Positions 48,076 to 60,907 of a stretch of 64,000 nt of DNA are shown here, in pieces. The DNA comes from Callorhinchus milii (taxonomy: Eukaryota): the NCBI RefSeq assembly GCF_018977255.1, contig NW_024704743.1:32738001-32802000 (forward strand). Direction: 5' to 3'. A program made the position numbers and the translations under genes. The stretch's first letter is position 1; every line of letters starts with the position of its first letter. Below the pieces are notes generated by a model that was not told the DNA's origin, ran no database searches, and saw only the letters and a list, made by a program, of their open reading frames with translations.

Positions 48076-51000
48076 AGTTATCGAACAAAACCATATTGCT
48101 GCAGTCTGTGCGCTTTTTCAACAACATTTATTTCTGCTTACAAGAGTCATATGCGATGTTCCCATGAAGATGAAATGGATGTGGAAATGATGATTGGCTG
48201 CCCTAATTGTCCATTTGTCTCCTATCCTAAGAATATGAAGAAACACATCAGGATGTTCCATTCAGAGCCTCGGAAAGCACATGTCACCAACATAAATACA
48301 GATCAAGTGAGCCCGGTGCAACCCAAGATCTTGCAAGGAAAAATGTCAAACCTGGTGAAACCAGTTTATTTTTGCAGGGTTTGTCATTACAAAAACGTTT
48401 CCATGTATGCCTTAAAGAAACATGTTTTTCTATCACATTTTGGAACTTTAGTAAATGCTTACATTGGGGAGGTAGAGCCAAAGCTTGTGTCAAAAGATAA
48501 GATCCCTGTGGTGCACAAGCAAAAATCATTTTACCTGAATAAGTATTTTTGTAAAGGATGCAAAATAAAAATGATCACCTATGAGGCCTTAATATATCAC
48601 ATTTTAGATAGGCATAAAAAAGTGGACCATCAGGTAAAAGCTGTAATTGGACATGTATCAGAGCTGAGGACTGTGCCACCCATTGCTCCCAAGCCTTTGA
48701 TGGACCAAGCTTCTGTAGCGGCATTGCCCAGTGCTGGACCATCTGTACAACCGTTCAAAGCACCTCCTATTGTCAGGCCTCCGGATCAAACACAGCCCAG
48801 TGTCGGACCTCCTGTACCACTGGTTCAAACACCGTCTAGTGTCAGACCACCTACACCATCAGTTCAAGCACTGCCCATTACCGGGCCCCCTGTACCACTG
48901 GTTCAAGTACTCTCCAGGGCAGGACCACCTGTACCACTGGTTCCAGCATCGCACATTGTCAAACCACCTGTACTACCGGTTCAAGCTCCACCCTGTGCTG
49001 GACTACCTGTGACACTAGTTCACGCACTCCCCAGTGTTGGCCCACCTTTACCACAGGTTCACGTACCGCCCAGCATCAAACCATCTGCACCACCAGTTCA
49101 AGCACTGCTTAGTGCTGGACCACCAGTGTCGTCAGTTCAAGCTCCTCTCAATGTCAGACAACCAATGCCAGCAGCGCCCATTGTCAGACCAGTACCGTCC
49201 AGTGTCTTAACGGTATCAGCACCTCTTGATATCAGATCAATGGCGCCAACTCTTTTCAGTGTCAGTCCAGCAGTACCGGCAACCCCCAGTATTGGGCCGT
49301 CCTTATCGGGAGTGCCTAGTGTGCAATCAACGACAGTAGCATCCCCCATGACATCGTCTGTACCTGCATCTTTGCAACAGGCCATTAATATGATGGCACT
49401 TAAACCAGTAACTGTGGGGTCTTTTCTGCCCAATGTGAACCACTTTCCTTCACAAAATAATACGATTCCCGTAACTATATCCACCACTGGTCCAGTGGGT
49501 GCTCCAAACGCAACACAGGTCAATCTTCTGTCAGCTTTCCAGAATAACCTTACAATCAGAACAGTTGGTCCAGTCCTTCCTCAGGCAATTTTGGTTCCAC
49601 CAGGATTAACCTTAGACCCAACGATGAGAGCCAGTGTTCCAGGAAATGTTGCATCAACCACTTCACAGGCATTGAGACAATTAATCCAAACCACCAGCCA
49701 TGTAAATGGTGTACCCACTTATACTCTAACTCCAGTTCAGTTTTCTTTGCCTGTTTCCTCAGCTGGTATGACAGGTGGAACGCCTGGTATGAATTCTACA
49801 GTACAGGTACCAATGACTGTCACTCAAACAAATGCAATGACATCTGTGTCTCCTCAGCAAATAAAAGAACCCTCCCCTGAGATGACATTTGCATTTCCCC
49901 CGGTGCAGGAGCAGCAAAGTGAAGATTGCGTCAATCCACCCAAAACTCAGCAATGGAAGAGTTGCTCAGAATGTAGTGAATTGGTTCCATTAAATCTGTT
50001 TGATAGCCATGTTGCAGTGGCCCATAATGCTGAGAAAATTTCTAACAAACCTGACAAAGTTGTTGCTTCTGCTAGTTACTTGCAAAGAGTGCGTGCTCAA
50101 ATAGGCAAGTGCCTGTTCTGTAAAAGCTATGTGCATAAAAATGTACTTCTCTCTCACTTACTAACACATGGTCTGAGTTGCCTGTTCTGTGCATTGACAT
50201 TCCATGATCTTGCGCAATTGGCTGAACACATGAAAAGTTTGCACGCTGGACTGAAATTTGAATCTGTTCATTATATTAAAGATGGAGTGCCAACATCCAG
50301 CCAAATCAATGGCGGCAGTTTTAACATGACAATTACTTTGCCAGAAGATAAAATGGGTCCCAATGACATTCACTTGACACTTATTCCAAATAAGATGTCT
50401 TCTCCTCATGCCCCCTTACTAATTGAAATTTGTAGAGAAAAAAATGAAGCAACTATTGTGAAAAACACTCCTACAGAAGAAAAACCTGATATAAAATGTT
50501 CCTTTTGTTCAAAATTGATTTTAGAGTCGAAATATGAAAAGCACTTACATGAAAATCACCAAGTAGCACCCATGATCCACCCACTGCTGAAAATACCAGC
50601 CTTCAAGTGCATTCACTGCCTTGGTGTGTACACAGATAGCATGACAGCCTCAACAATATCTCTTCATCTGTTACATTGTAGAGGCCTGAATAAACAACCT
50701 ATTTTGCCAAAAAGTGTTGTTCAGTCAAAGCGTGAGGTTCCAGACATTGAGAAGAATTACACGACTGAGATTTTAAACACAGAAAGTGAAGATCTGGAAT
50801 TGCCTCCTTCCAAAAGATTAAAAGTTGATGTGGGGGCATCTAATCATCAACTATCTCCTACATCAGTGATTGACACTGACCCTAATTCACAGTCTTTGCC
50901 ATTACCCGACCCATCTACAGTCTTAGCTTTGGTTCCCAAAGACTTTGAGAATTGTTCATATGAAGAAAGAAAGTTATTCTTGCTTGACTACTTTCACAAG

Positions 51001-51201
51001 CGACCTTACCCTAGCAATGAAGAGGTTGAAATGTTATCTTCAATTTTATGGCTGTGGAAGGCTGATGTTGCTCTTATGTTCAGCAAAAAGCAACATCTGT
51101 GCTTGAGAGCTATAAAGAGACGCAAACCTTTGGTGCTTTTGGGGTTCAATATGTCTGAAATGAGAAATGTAAAGCACAGTATAACACTGGGTGAGATTTG
51201 A
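48076..51201 (+). CDS. ADNP2: ADNP2 copy B large terminal exon (1041 aa; full protein 1107 aa): zinc fingers, Pro-rich repeat, homeodomain, C-terminal PxVxL
   Basis: Acceptor ttctttgcag|, then SYRTKPYCCSLC; LRQLIQ..VNGVPTYTL; LLSHLLTHGLSCLFC; PAFKCIHCLGVY; homeodomain; PLVLLGFNMSE (51127-51141). The protein ends shortly after the homeodomain, as in ADNP2, with no ADNP-type long acidic tail or NAP peptide. Confidence 0.96.
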   Translation, partial: SYRTKPYCCSLCAFSTTFISAYKSHMRCSHEDEMDVEMMIGCPNCPFVSYPKNMKKHIRMFHSEPRKAHVTNINTDQVSPVQPKILQGKMSNLVKPVYFCRVCHYKNVSMYALKKHVFLSHFGTLVNAYIGEVEPKLVSKDKIPVVHKQKSFYLNKYFCKGCKIKMITYEALIYHILDRHKKVDHQVKAVIGHVSELRTVPPIAPKPLMDQASVAALPSAGPSVQPFKAPPIVRPPDQTQPSVGPPVPLVQTPSSVRPPTPSVQALPITGPPVPLVQVLSRAGPPVPLVPASHIVKPPVLPVQAPPCAGLPVTLVHALPSVGPPLPQVHVPPSIKPSAPPVQALLSAGPPVSSVQAPLNVRQPMPAAPIVRPVPSSVLTVSAPLDIRSMAPTLFSVSPAVPATPSIGPSLSGVPSVQSTTVASPMTSSVPASLQQAINMMALKPVTVGSFLPNVNHFPSQNNTIPVTISTTGPVGAPNATQVNLLSAFQNNLTIRTVGPVLPQAILVPPGLTLDPTMRASVPGNVASTTSQALRQLIQTTSHVNGVPTYTLTPVQFSLPVSSAGMTGGTPGMNSTVQVPMTVTQTNAMTSVSPQQIKEPSPEMTFAFPPVQEQQSEDCVNPPKTQQWKSCSECSELVPLNLFDSHVAVAHNAEKISNKPDKVVASASYLQRVRAQIGKCLFCKSYVHKNVLLSHLLTHGLSCLFCALTFHDLAQLAEHMKSLHAGLKFESVHYIKDGVPTSSQINGGSFNMTITLPEDKMGPNDIHLTLIPNKMSSPHAPLLIEICREKNEATIVKNTPTEEKPDIKCSFCSKLILESKYEKHLHENHQVAPMIHPLLKIPAFKCIHCLGVYTDSMTASTISLHLLHCRGLNKQPILPKSVVQSKREVPDIEKNYTTEILNTESEDLELPPSKRLKVDVGASNHQLSPTSVIDTDPNSQSLPLPDPSTVLALVPKDFENCSYEERKLFLLDYFHKRPYPSNEEVEMLSSILWLWKADVALMFSKKQHLCLRAIKRRKPLVLLGFNMSEMRNVKHSITLGEI
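48808..49158 (+). repeat. Coding tandem repeat, 9 x 39 bp (13 aa, consensus about PPVPLVQAPPSVG)
   Basis: PPVPLVQTPSSVR / PPTPSVQALPITG / PPVPLVQVLSRAG / PPVPLVPASHIVK / PPVLPVQAPPCAG / LPVTLVHALPSVG / PPLPQVHVPPSIK / PSAPPVQALLSAG / PPVSSVQAPLNVR. Confidence 0.88.
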
Positions 51202-53116
51202 TATTAAAAACTAGTTTCAATAAGTTTATGTTGGAATCTATCAAGTACAGTAGAAATGAAAAAACAGGAGAAAGAGTCCACTAGTAATATGCGTTGTAGC
51301 AAATTCAGGACTAATTCAAGAAGCTTTCTATACTGGTAGACGATCATTAAAGTGGAAGAGAAATGGTGCAAAATAACCGTTTTGTTTTTAAAATCGATCT
51401 GTGCCTTTGTGTACTAAAGTTTGGTTATTTTCTGTGATTAAAACAGCAGAGCAAGAAAAAATTATTAAACCAGGATGGAAATATTTAACGTGAATCCCAT
51501 TTAAACCAAAAATTGTAGAATATTTAAAAATTGCCCTGTTTTATTGTCCAATTGTTTGGTATTTTGGAGAAACATGTAACCTTTTATATATATCTAAGAA
51601 GAAAACGTTGATGGTACAAAGTAGTTGATTAGACATTTTTACAGTCAATATGTTGGAGTAATTTATTCTCATATTATTGTGTTGTTGGTTCCACCAAATC
51701 AAATGTTCAGTTATCTGTTGTGCTCTGCATTGTTATTTGTCTGAAATAAATTTTTTCCTTTATCCCTTCCTCCCCCCCACCCATGCACAAAAAGCCTTCG
51801 ATTTTGAGTACAGGAAAGTGACAAAGGTACTGCAGATTGATGCGACAATATATTTGCGGCATTGTTTTCTCCCCCTCTTTACATGAGATTAGTTGTTTAC
51901 TTAGCTGTTGATTAATGTTGGTTTAGCTGAGTCAATTATAAGAGATGGTGCATATTCCTAGTCTTTTACTATTTGGAAGGTCCATCATTTATAACACCCC
52001 CTTATGATTTTGTGGTCATTACTAATCACTGATACAAGGGAAAGCAAAATTGGTTAAGGCAGCTTGATAAATTGGAATATTTGTATATTGCTGAAAACAT
52101 TTTGTCCAAAATGATGTGGATTTGTGTTTCCATTTTTAAAAAAAATGCATCTACTCACTTTCATTTCCTCGTATCTGGATTACAATGCATATTCCTACTA
52201 ATCTAAGACAATACAGACCCTACATGTTTAGTCATATACTGTTGCCTCAAAAATTTGCTTCTGCTAAACATTGTATCTGGTAAAATTCAATTTGGAACAT
52301 TTTGCCCTAACTACCACATTTAAGTTTTCTTAAAATGCTCAAAACTATTACACATTGCAAAAGCACAGCAGACCATCAGCATCAAATAAAAAAATATTAA
52401 TATTTCATCTACCATTTCAGTTTATAATGCCATTTCACTATTTATTTTGTGTACATCAATCTCTAATTTTAATGTTTTTTTTGTTAGCATCACACTTGGA
52501 TTCTGACCAGAAGGCTGCAATTTAAAGTGGTAAGGCTGCTTGTAACAGTCATTTAAAATTGGGTGAGATTGGTCGCTTCTGAGTGAGGGTTGCTCAAGAG
52601 ATTACTCCATTTGTAGATATGTTTTGTATCTAGTTTCGAGGAAAGCCTGACACATGTGATTGATCCCTGCTGGATTCACTTCTCGAGGCTCATTGGAGAT
52701 GGATTCGTAGTAATCATGGAGTTAAGCACATGCCACAATGCTCTTGATGGAGCAGGACGTATACTGCTGAGTGACCTATAATGGGAGGGAAGAGTATAAT
52801 AATGATGTAATGTGGCATCTAAGATATTGGCCCCAGATGACAATTGTTAAAATTAGGTTACACTGTATTTTATTGTCTGATGTGATGCCAATTTGGCATC
52901 CTTTTTAAATGTTACATTCTATCATCATTTGATTTACGGAAAAGATTGTGTTGGACGGAAATTAAATACAGAATTGCTGCCAGATGTGTGTAAAAATAAA
53001 TGTACTTGTGTTCACTATTTTGCTTGTATAATACTAAATATTCAGTCCCTTCACATGGAAATGTGTTTTCCTGCATTATTTCATTGTCTGCCTATGAAAC
53101 TTTTTATGCACCTATT

Positions 53117-53122
53117 AATAAA
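53117..53122 (+). terminator. Candidate polyadenylation signal of ADNP2 copy B (3' UTR ~1.9 kb)
   Basis: AATAAA at the end of a repeat-free AT-rich stretch, followed by GT/T-rich sequence; an alternative AATAAA lies near 52995. Confidence 0.5.
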
Positions 53123-55899
53123 TGTGTGCAATCTGGATTGATGTTCTTCCTTTTCCTAGCAGATATCGTAAATTTCATGTGTTGGTGATTGTTGGCAAGA
53201 AGTTATTTTCTAAAACTTCTTAGGGCGTCCCACTTAAATCAACTGACAATCTGGCTCATCAGTTTTAATACAGGTAGGATTATCAGTAGGTATATTTGTT
53301 TGTTAGGGATGGGGGGGGGGGGTGTCAGATGAGACAATAATCTATTAGTTGGGGGCCTTCAGTGCACTATGATGGGCGAGTGGTTTATGGGAAATTTGAA
53401 GGAAATCCCCAAAAAGTGGTTTGACTAGCATTAGTCCAATTCTATTTTTTTCCAATTTGTCACAATAAAGTGGAAGTTCTGTATTTTAAATTTGTATCTT
53501 TGAAACTTTGTCAACAGATGTACTTTTGTTTAATATTTCTATAACATGCTGTACTGCACCTATCAGTTTCAAGATTTTGATTAAATCTTGGATGTGTTTT
53601 CCCCACTGAAACCCTTATTTATCTTATTTATCAAATGAAATTGTATAGAAGGCAAGCTACTGTTGAACAATCAACAGTACGTATTAGGTTATAGTTTGGA
53701 CTGCTCTACCTGTTTTTAAAATTTTAGAGCAATGAATCAGATTGGCAAAGATACATGGTTTTGTAAAATTGTAAAAAATTCACTTTGAACGTAGGTCCCT
53801 TAAAGGACATAAAACAATAGTCGTTTTACTTTAAAAGGAAAGCAGCAACATTAAGGGCCGTTAAAATATTTTTTTAATCCACAAAATAAAACCTGGTGTC
53901 AGCCTGGCTCAGCTGGTAGCAACTGAGTTAGAAGATTGTGGGTTGGTACTGACGCTCTAGTGCAGTGTTGGGGAGTCCTGCTGCATTGTCGGAATTGCTG
54001 TCCTTGAATAAGACATTAAGTCAAGGTTACATCTGCCTGTTCAGGTTGATGTTAAAAATTCCTGGGCACCATTCAAAAAGAGAAAAGAGTTTCATCTTTT
54101 GAACAGTCCCTTAGATAAAAATAGTCATTCTCTTCATGGCTACATGTGGGACTATGCTGTGTTCAATTGGTTGCTACAGTCCCCTACATAATAGTTACTA
54201 CACTCTACAGTACTCATATATTCTGCTTTTAGATGTGTTAAAGTACTATATCAAGTACAAGGATTATTATTATAACCTGATTATTTTTCCAGTTTTTTGG
54301 GAATCTAATCAGGACAGACCTCATTGCAGATAAGATCAGACAAATACAAATTGGCCACGATGCTAACTAAATCATTGTTCCACCAAGAATTATGCTGCTA
54401 CTATAATACTTTCCTACCCTCTGACTACCCGCCCCCCCACCACCGTCTCTCACGCACACACATACACTCGAGTCTAAATATTCTGCTTCTGACTTTTTCT
54501 ACAATTACGCTGCAGCAAAAAAATCCAATTTAGCGCATCCCTTGTGAGGCTACTACAGAGGCTTAGCAACTTTGTTCATGTGCACAACTCAATTCACGAT
54601 GTGCTCGCATTCCTAGAAACTGATGCAAGTGCACCACAGAAAACAATGGCTGATTTGTTTTTTTAGGGCAAGTTCAGAGATTTTTTTNAACAATTTGACT
54701 CACCAAAATGCATATATTTATTGGCAAATTGGTTAAAAACTGACTTTAATGGTTCTTAAACAATTTTTAAATGGGTTGTGCAAATAGTTCAATTTTAGTT
54801 TGACAGAATTTGATATTGCACTAGCTTTGTTACCTAATTGGACATATTTGCATTTTAGACCAACCACATATTGCTGAACAGTTTGTGTCCCTCCAGCAAC
54901 TGAATCATAACTTAAGCAGGTTAAGTGAGCATTTGTTCTTAACTACTAATTTCTGGTTCATCATAGTTGTATTTTTGGAATGAAATTGCAACTTCCATGT
55001 TGTGTGATTTCCTGTTTGGTTTTGCTTTACGTGATGTAATTATTTGTACATAGTAATACAAACTACCTTTTTTAAGATAAAAATGATCTGTGTTGTGATT
55101 TGCTTTCCAAAGGGACCTTTTCACTTACATGGTACAATGTCGTAAGGCGCTGAATTATACTTACAAGGGTGTTTTGCGGTCTTTTTATATTTATAAGCAG
55201 CTGCATTATAGTTAAATACAAAAAAAGGACCTAAACAATAATCTTTGGCATTTATTTCCCTATTGTATTGTATTGACTTGAGCTTGAAACTCCAATGTAG
55301 TGCTGGGTTGTATTGTAATGTCGGAGGCACCATCCTTTGGATGAAACGTTGAACTGAGATCCTGTCTGCCTGTTCAGGTGGACATTAAAAATCCCTTGGC
55401 ACTATTCGAAAATAGAAGTTTCTCCTGATGTACTAGCCAATAAATCCTCTCCAAAAAATTGGTCATTCTATGACTGTTCAAGAGACATTGTTGTGGGCAA
55501 ATTGGCTGACGTGTTTTGCTCAATCCACTATACAGTATAATCCTGTGAAGTGCTTTGAGATGTTTCAACGATGTGATAATGCTCTATATCAATTTGCAAG
55601 AATAATTATTATTATCATCTGCAAACTTTTAGATTTATTTCTCCATTCCTAGGTCCAAATCATTTATGTACAGGGGTTTCAAGTATTGGCCCTGAGGAAC
55701 ACTACTTACCACATTTATTTAATATCCAGCTTCTTGGGACATCCTCCCAATGTGAAAGGATGCAATGCAATTTGTTGTTGAATAATTGCCCTTACCCCCA
55801 ACTCTTTGGTTTCTCCCTGTAGACACTTCTCTATTCATTCAGTCTTCCCTTTGATCACATATGCCCGGATCTCAGTCATAAGTCATTCGTGTGGTACCG

Positions 55900-56522
55900 T
55901 GCAGCCCTTGACACCGTTGACCACTCAATCCTCATCCACCACCTCACCTCAACCTTCATTGTTCTTTCCTTGAATGGTTCAGATTGTGCCGCTCACACCA
56001 TCTCCACAAACGCTTTCTCCTCTAGCCCCCACATCGTCTTGTCCGGCGTTCTTGTCTGTCAGACATCAAGTCCTGGATGAGAGCTAACTTTCTTCAGTTG
56101 AACGTCAACAAGACTGAGGCTCTCCTGATTGGCTCCCGTCAGCGCCGCCAAACCTCCGGCGCTGACAGCATCACCATCCATGGTTGCACCAAGCTCCCGC
56201 TCCATCCACTCAGCAAGCTCCAGCCTGCTTCATGTCCTCTGCCTCGCCTGCCCCACCATTGGTGGTCAGGCCTTCTGACACTCTGCCCCCACCCTCTGGA
56301 ACTCCATCCCATAGTCCCTCTGCCTCACTCCCCCCCCCCCCCCCGTGCCTCCGTCAAGACCTCCACTTCGACTGTGCTTTCGATCACATTGCTTGCCTCC
56401 CTGCCCTCCACCCTACCCAATCCCGACAACCAGCTTGGGCCAAAACTGACTGTCCAGAGCCTTGGGACGTCCTCCCGACGTTAAAGACGCTATACAAATG
56501 TAATTTTGTTATTGTTGTTGTC
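55900..56522 (+). mobile_element. L2 LINE fragments with internal deletions
   Basis: ALDTVDHSILIHHL; WMRANFLQLNVNKTEALLIGSRQR; L2 tail. Confidence 0.8.
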
Positions 56523-56776
56523 GAAAGCCAACTCTGATAAGTAGTCATTTGAGCTATTTCCCTTGGGATGGCGAGTTATCACTGTACCTTATAAAACTAT
56601 GGCCCTTAGTCACTAACAATCACATTTCTGACATGAAGCTAAGAGAACCTGTGTGAAGGCAAATGTATAAAATTCCACATGAAACTTGGCAGAAAGAAAA
56701 ACCAGTGGAAAAAAAACAGTAATTGCATTTTGCATGATACAGGACATTAATACCAACTGATAACCTATCTATTAGT

Positions 56777-57083
56777 AATAATAATAATCCTTGCATTTGA
56801 TATAGCGCTTTTCACGTCTGCTAGATGTCGCAAAGCGCTTCACAGAATATGCTGTAAAGTGAATTGATTATATATTTGTGGGTGAAATGCAGCAGCCAAT
56901 TGCGCACAGCAGTGTCCCACAAACAGTCGTGGATTGAAATGACCAATTTATTATTTTTTTTGAGGGATTATTATCAGGCGTGTGGAGTAAGGAAACTTGC
57001 CCAAGGTTTCACCCTGCCGGGAATCAAACCCAGGTCTCTCGCTGACCAGGCAAGTGCTCTAACCACTGAGCTACAGGACTCCA
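56777..57083 (-). mobile_element. Full-length SINE
   Basis: Reverse complement of head (ctgagctacaggactccac), core and tail. Confidence 0.88.
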
Positions 57084-57249
57084 CTATTGGTTTGGATTTG
57101 CACAATACAGACTTTCTTAATTTAGAAAAATGAGTTACTATCCTGAGCAGGTTTATTCAATGTGGTTTAAATTTATACATCCTAAGACATTCCCTGTGAC
57201 AATATAATTATTTAATAAAATCCCACCTGTTCTAAATGAAGGGATTATA

Positions 57250-57797
57250 GAAGGGATGTAGACGCACTGGAGAGGGTGCAAAGGAGATTCACAAGAATGA
57301 TCCCAGAACTGAGAGGTTACATCTATCAGGAAAGGCTGAACATGCTTGGACTCTTTTGAAAAGAGGAGGTTAAGGGATGACCTGATAGGTCTTTAAAATT
57401 ATGAAAGGTTTTGATAGGGTAGACATGGGGAAGATGTTTCCACTTATGGGGGAGACCAAAACCAGGGGCCATCAGAGAGTAGTGGGAATGTGGAACATGC
57501 TACCACAAGGAGTTGTTGAGGCAAATAGCATAGATGTATTTAAGGGAAAGCTAGATTAGGAGAGATGAGGGAGAAAAGAATAGAAGGTTTTGCTTGAAGG
57601 CTTAGTTGAGGAAGGGTAGGAGGAGTCTCACAGGTGAAACCTTACAGCATATTCTGTGAAGTGCTTTGAGACGTCTAGAAGACGTGAAAAGCGCTATAAT
57701 CAATTGCAAGGATTATTATTACTATGTGGAGCATAAACACCGGCATAGATCAGAATGGCCTGTTTCTGTGCTGTATATTCTAATGTATTCTAATGTA
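57250..57797 (+). mobile_element. CR1 3' fragment interrupted by a SINE tail (~57640-57723)
   Basis: ALERVQRRFTRMIPELRG; tail attctaatgtattctaatgt. Confidence 0.8.
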
Positions 57798-58583
57798 TGA
57801 GAAGCAATACAGTGATTTGAAAGTGCTCTCAACTCAGGAAACAAAGGTCTTGTGCCTTGGCAAGTGTAGCATCAGAGAATAGTACTTCAATGTTGCGAAT
57901 CAAACTGCTAATAAAAGTTCAAAAGGTAAAATGTAGTCTAAAGTACTCTATGCCATTGAACAGCAAAACCTAGTAAGAATATGCATCATTAGAATTGGTA
58001 ACACTGTGAACACCAGTTTAATATTTTCCAACACAAAAACTATTCATTTACAAAATTCAGTGATAAATATACTAACAAATAGTTTAAAAAGATATGTGTT
58101 TTAGTGCTGGTAATTAGGCATGCAATTGTTGTCCTCTCGAGTTTGCAGTATTTAAAATAACTATTGAAGTTTAATTTTAAAGGCAAAAAAGGCACATATT
58201 TGAAGAAAGTGCAAAGTAATTACTTGGCATTTAGCAGGAATACTGTACAACAAAATCAAACACCAGTCTTTTAGATAAGACATGGAATCTTCAACTGCAT
58301 AGTTATCAAAATAGCACGTGAATCTACCTTTTACTAATGTAAACATATAAATCAGTAGACGATTAAGAAATCTGCCTTTTTCTTATGTTCATATATTTAC
58401 CATTAGCATTTAAGCAGCATTACTTTTACCTGAAATTATCCAAAGTAATTTCCCACAGTTAGAATGTTAGACTGCAAGGAACAGTAAACATTGCCCAATT
58501 TCATGAAAGATTTTGATGTTGAATCCGTATTGCTCACTATACCCAGAAATGTTAGGCAATTGTAACCCATTCTTTGTACTGCT

Positions 58584-58685
58584 TCATTCTTGTGACTGTG
58601 AATGTTCTGCTGGAAAGTAGTCTTCTGTTTTAAAGAGAGATGCAGGTTCATACTTTCGCTGCTGTTTTTTTGGAGAGGATGATTT
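58584..58685 (-). CDS. BLOC1S4: BLOC1S4 (cappuccino) last coding exon
   Basis: Acceptor tttttttttcttgcag|, then KSSSPKKQQRKYEPASLFKTEDYFPAEHSQSQE* (TGA 58584-58586). Cf. the remembered human motif YEAPVLFRTEDYFP. Confidence 0.9.
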   Translation of the reverse strand, partial: KSSSPKKQQRKYEPASLFKTEDYFPAEHSQSQE

Positions 58686-60157
58686 CTGCAAGAAAAAAAA
58701 AGCAGATCAAATGGAATGGAAAACAGATGATGATCTAAATATCACAGTCTCTACACCATATAATACTTGGATTTTGAGGATGGGATTTTTCTTTTAAAAG
58801 TTTATCAATCCGTTTGTAAACTTTAGAAAAATGTGATTAACCCCATACACCACCTACGGAGTATTTTGATTGGGAAATGTCACAAACTCACAATGAGTAC
58901 CAGGAAGGTAAGTATAGAATGATAACAAGCTCATTGCTTCAACAGATAATCCATAATCTGGTCCATCATGCATGTCATTAGCACTCTTGCATCTGAATCA
59001 GAAGGTTATGGGTTCAAAATGTTCTGCAATGGTGTCTCCCTACTTTTGCTAATTGTAAAATAAAGCAGAACTGAAGAGTACCTATCTACTAACCTTCCAT
59101 TCTACTTTTGACCTCCCACGTCTGTCCTAAAAATGTTCTGCGTTTCATTTATTCCCAACAATGTTGCCCTGGGAGAGTGAGCAATTCCATTTTAACAATC
59201 TATCTCTGGAATTTCCATGTATAGGCGGGATGCATGGAACTCATTTGGTTTGGATAACCTTAAGTGTGGTGATGAGTTTTGCATGACCCCCAAAAAATCC
59301 TGGCATGAACCTGCAGTCTGCAAATTGACTCGGAAACACGGAATTCAAATCTTGTCTGAAAGTAAGCAGTTCGAGAACAACTGGCCAACAAGAGAAGATT
59401 GTAAAAGTATTACTACAAAACAACATGGTCCGAAACTGAACGAGAGATGCGAGGGTATAGAAATACAGCTGATGCAAGAGAGGAAAACAAAAGTGAATGA
59501 CATATCTATTCTGTAACAGTATCTGTACAGTTCTGCAAAGCTCAGAATTCATACAAGATTGAAGCGAACCTACTCCTATAGTTCAATCTGCATTTCATAC
59601 TAGATTCAGAATGCATGCCGTGTGTCATTAGCACCACAAAATGTTGTGCAAGGCAGTAGGATGTTGTCACCAGGCATTTTCCTAGCAGTCTGGTGGTCCA
59701 TTCATTAGCGTCACCATTGGCAACATTACTGCAAGTCAGCAGACTCATCAAATCCAGTTTGAAAAGGGGAAGTAAATAGAAAAGCTCTGCTCATCTTATA
59801 AATAACCACCCTGTGAATATGATTTATAATTTAGTGAAGTTCAATTGAAAACGATTTCATGTAAAATCATCGATTTTTCAAAATAAGGTATAGACTTCAT
59901 GAAAACAGATCTCAACAATTTCATCAATGAGAACTTGCAAATATTTGAAGCAATTTCCAACCTTGGTGCCTTAATCTGTTTGTGTACCAGTGTAAATAGA
60001 CGGTAACAGATTTCTCTCAAATTAGAAGGCAGTAACCCAACTATAGGGCTCATGGTTTAAACAGTAACTGATAGCAATAGTTATGTACTTAGGCATACAC
60101 GAGTACACCATCTTGTTACCCCTAGTAGCATAAAACGCAATGAAAAAGGGACATTTA

Positions 60158-60907
60158 GTCTTCAGCTCAATGTGCGCAAAACTGAGGCCCTCCTGATTGG
60201 CTCGCGTCAGCGCCTCCGCACCTCAGGCGCTGACAGCATCAGCATCCAAGGCTGCACTCTCCACCTCTCAAAGCCAGTCAGGAACCTCGGCGTTTTGTTC
60301 GACCCTGAGCTGTCCTTTCTCCCTCACATCCGCACCACAACTGGCACCGCCTTCCATCACCTCCGGAACATCACCAGACTACGGCACTACCTCACCCCTC
60401 ACGCTGCTGAAACCCTGATCCACGCCTTTATCACCTCAAGGCTGGACTATGGGAACTCTCTCCTCGCCGGCCTTCCCGCCACCTCCCTCCACAAGCTGCA
60501 GGTCATTCAGAACTCTGCAGCTCGTGTACTGTCCCATTCACGGCCTTGCTCCTTCCTACCTCTCCGACCTACTATCCCCCTACCTGCCCGTACCCTCCGT
60601 TCCTCTGGCTCCGGTCTGCTCCGCATCCCCCGCCCCAACCGCCCTACCATCGGTGGTCGGGCCCTCAGCCTCTCAGCCCCGAGGCTCTGGAACTCTATCC
60701 CCCAGTGCCTTCGCCTCCTTCTTCAAGGCCGGCCTCAAGACCTTTCTCTTTGACCGAGCCTTCAGCTCCCCTCTCGACTCTCTACCCCCTCCTCCCTCCC
60801 TTCCCTCCCCTCACCCTGACCATTTCCCCCCTGCTCGGGTACCGACCCAACTGTCCAGCGCCTTGGGATGTAAAAGGCGCTCCTTAAATGCAATCTTGTT
60901 GTTGTTG
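60158..60907 (+). mobile_element. Young L2 3' fragment (same subfamily as 20989-21972) in the BLOC1S4 intron
   Basis: Near-identical to 21090-21970, with an internal deletion at ~60535. Confidence 0.92.

Noticed and set aside
48076..51201. Assignment to ADNP rather than ADNP2
   Set aside because: No NAP octapeptide, no long acidic tail after the homeodomain; N-terminal KKVKGIL and the VNGVPTYTL motif fit ADNP2
58436..58651. 71-aa minus ORF MNLHLSLKQK...
   Set aside because: Alternate frame overlapping the BLOC1S4 last exon and 3' UTR; the homologous frame is KSSSPKK...TEDYFP
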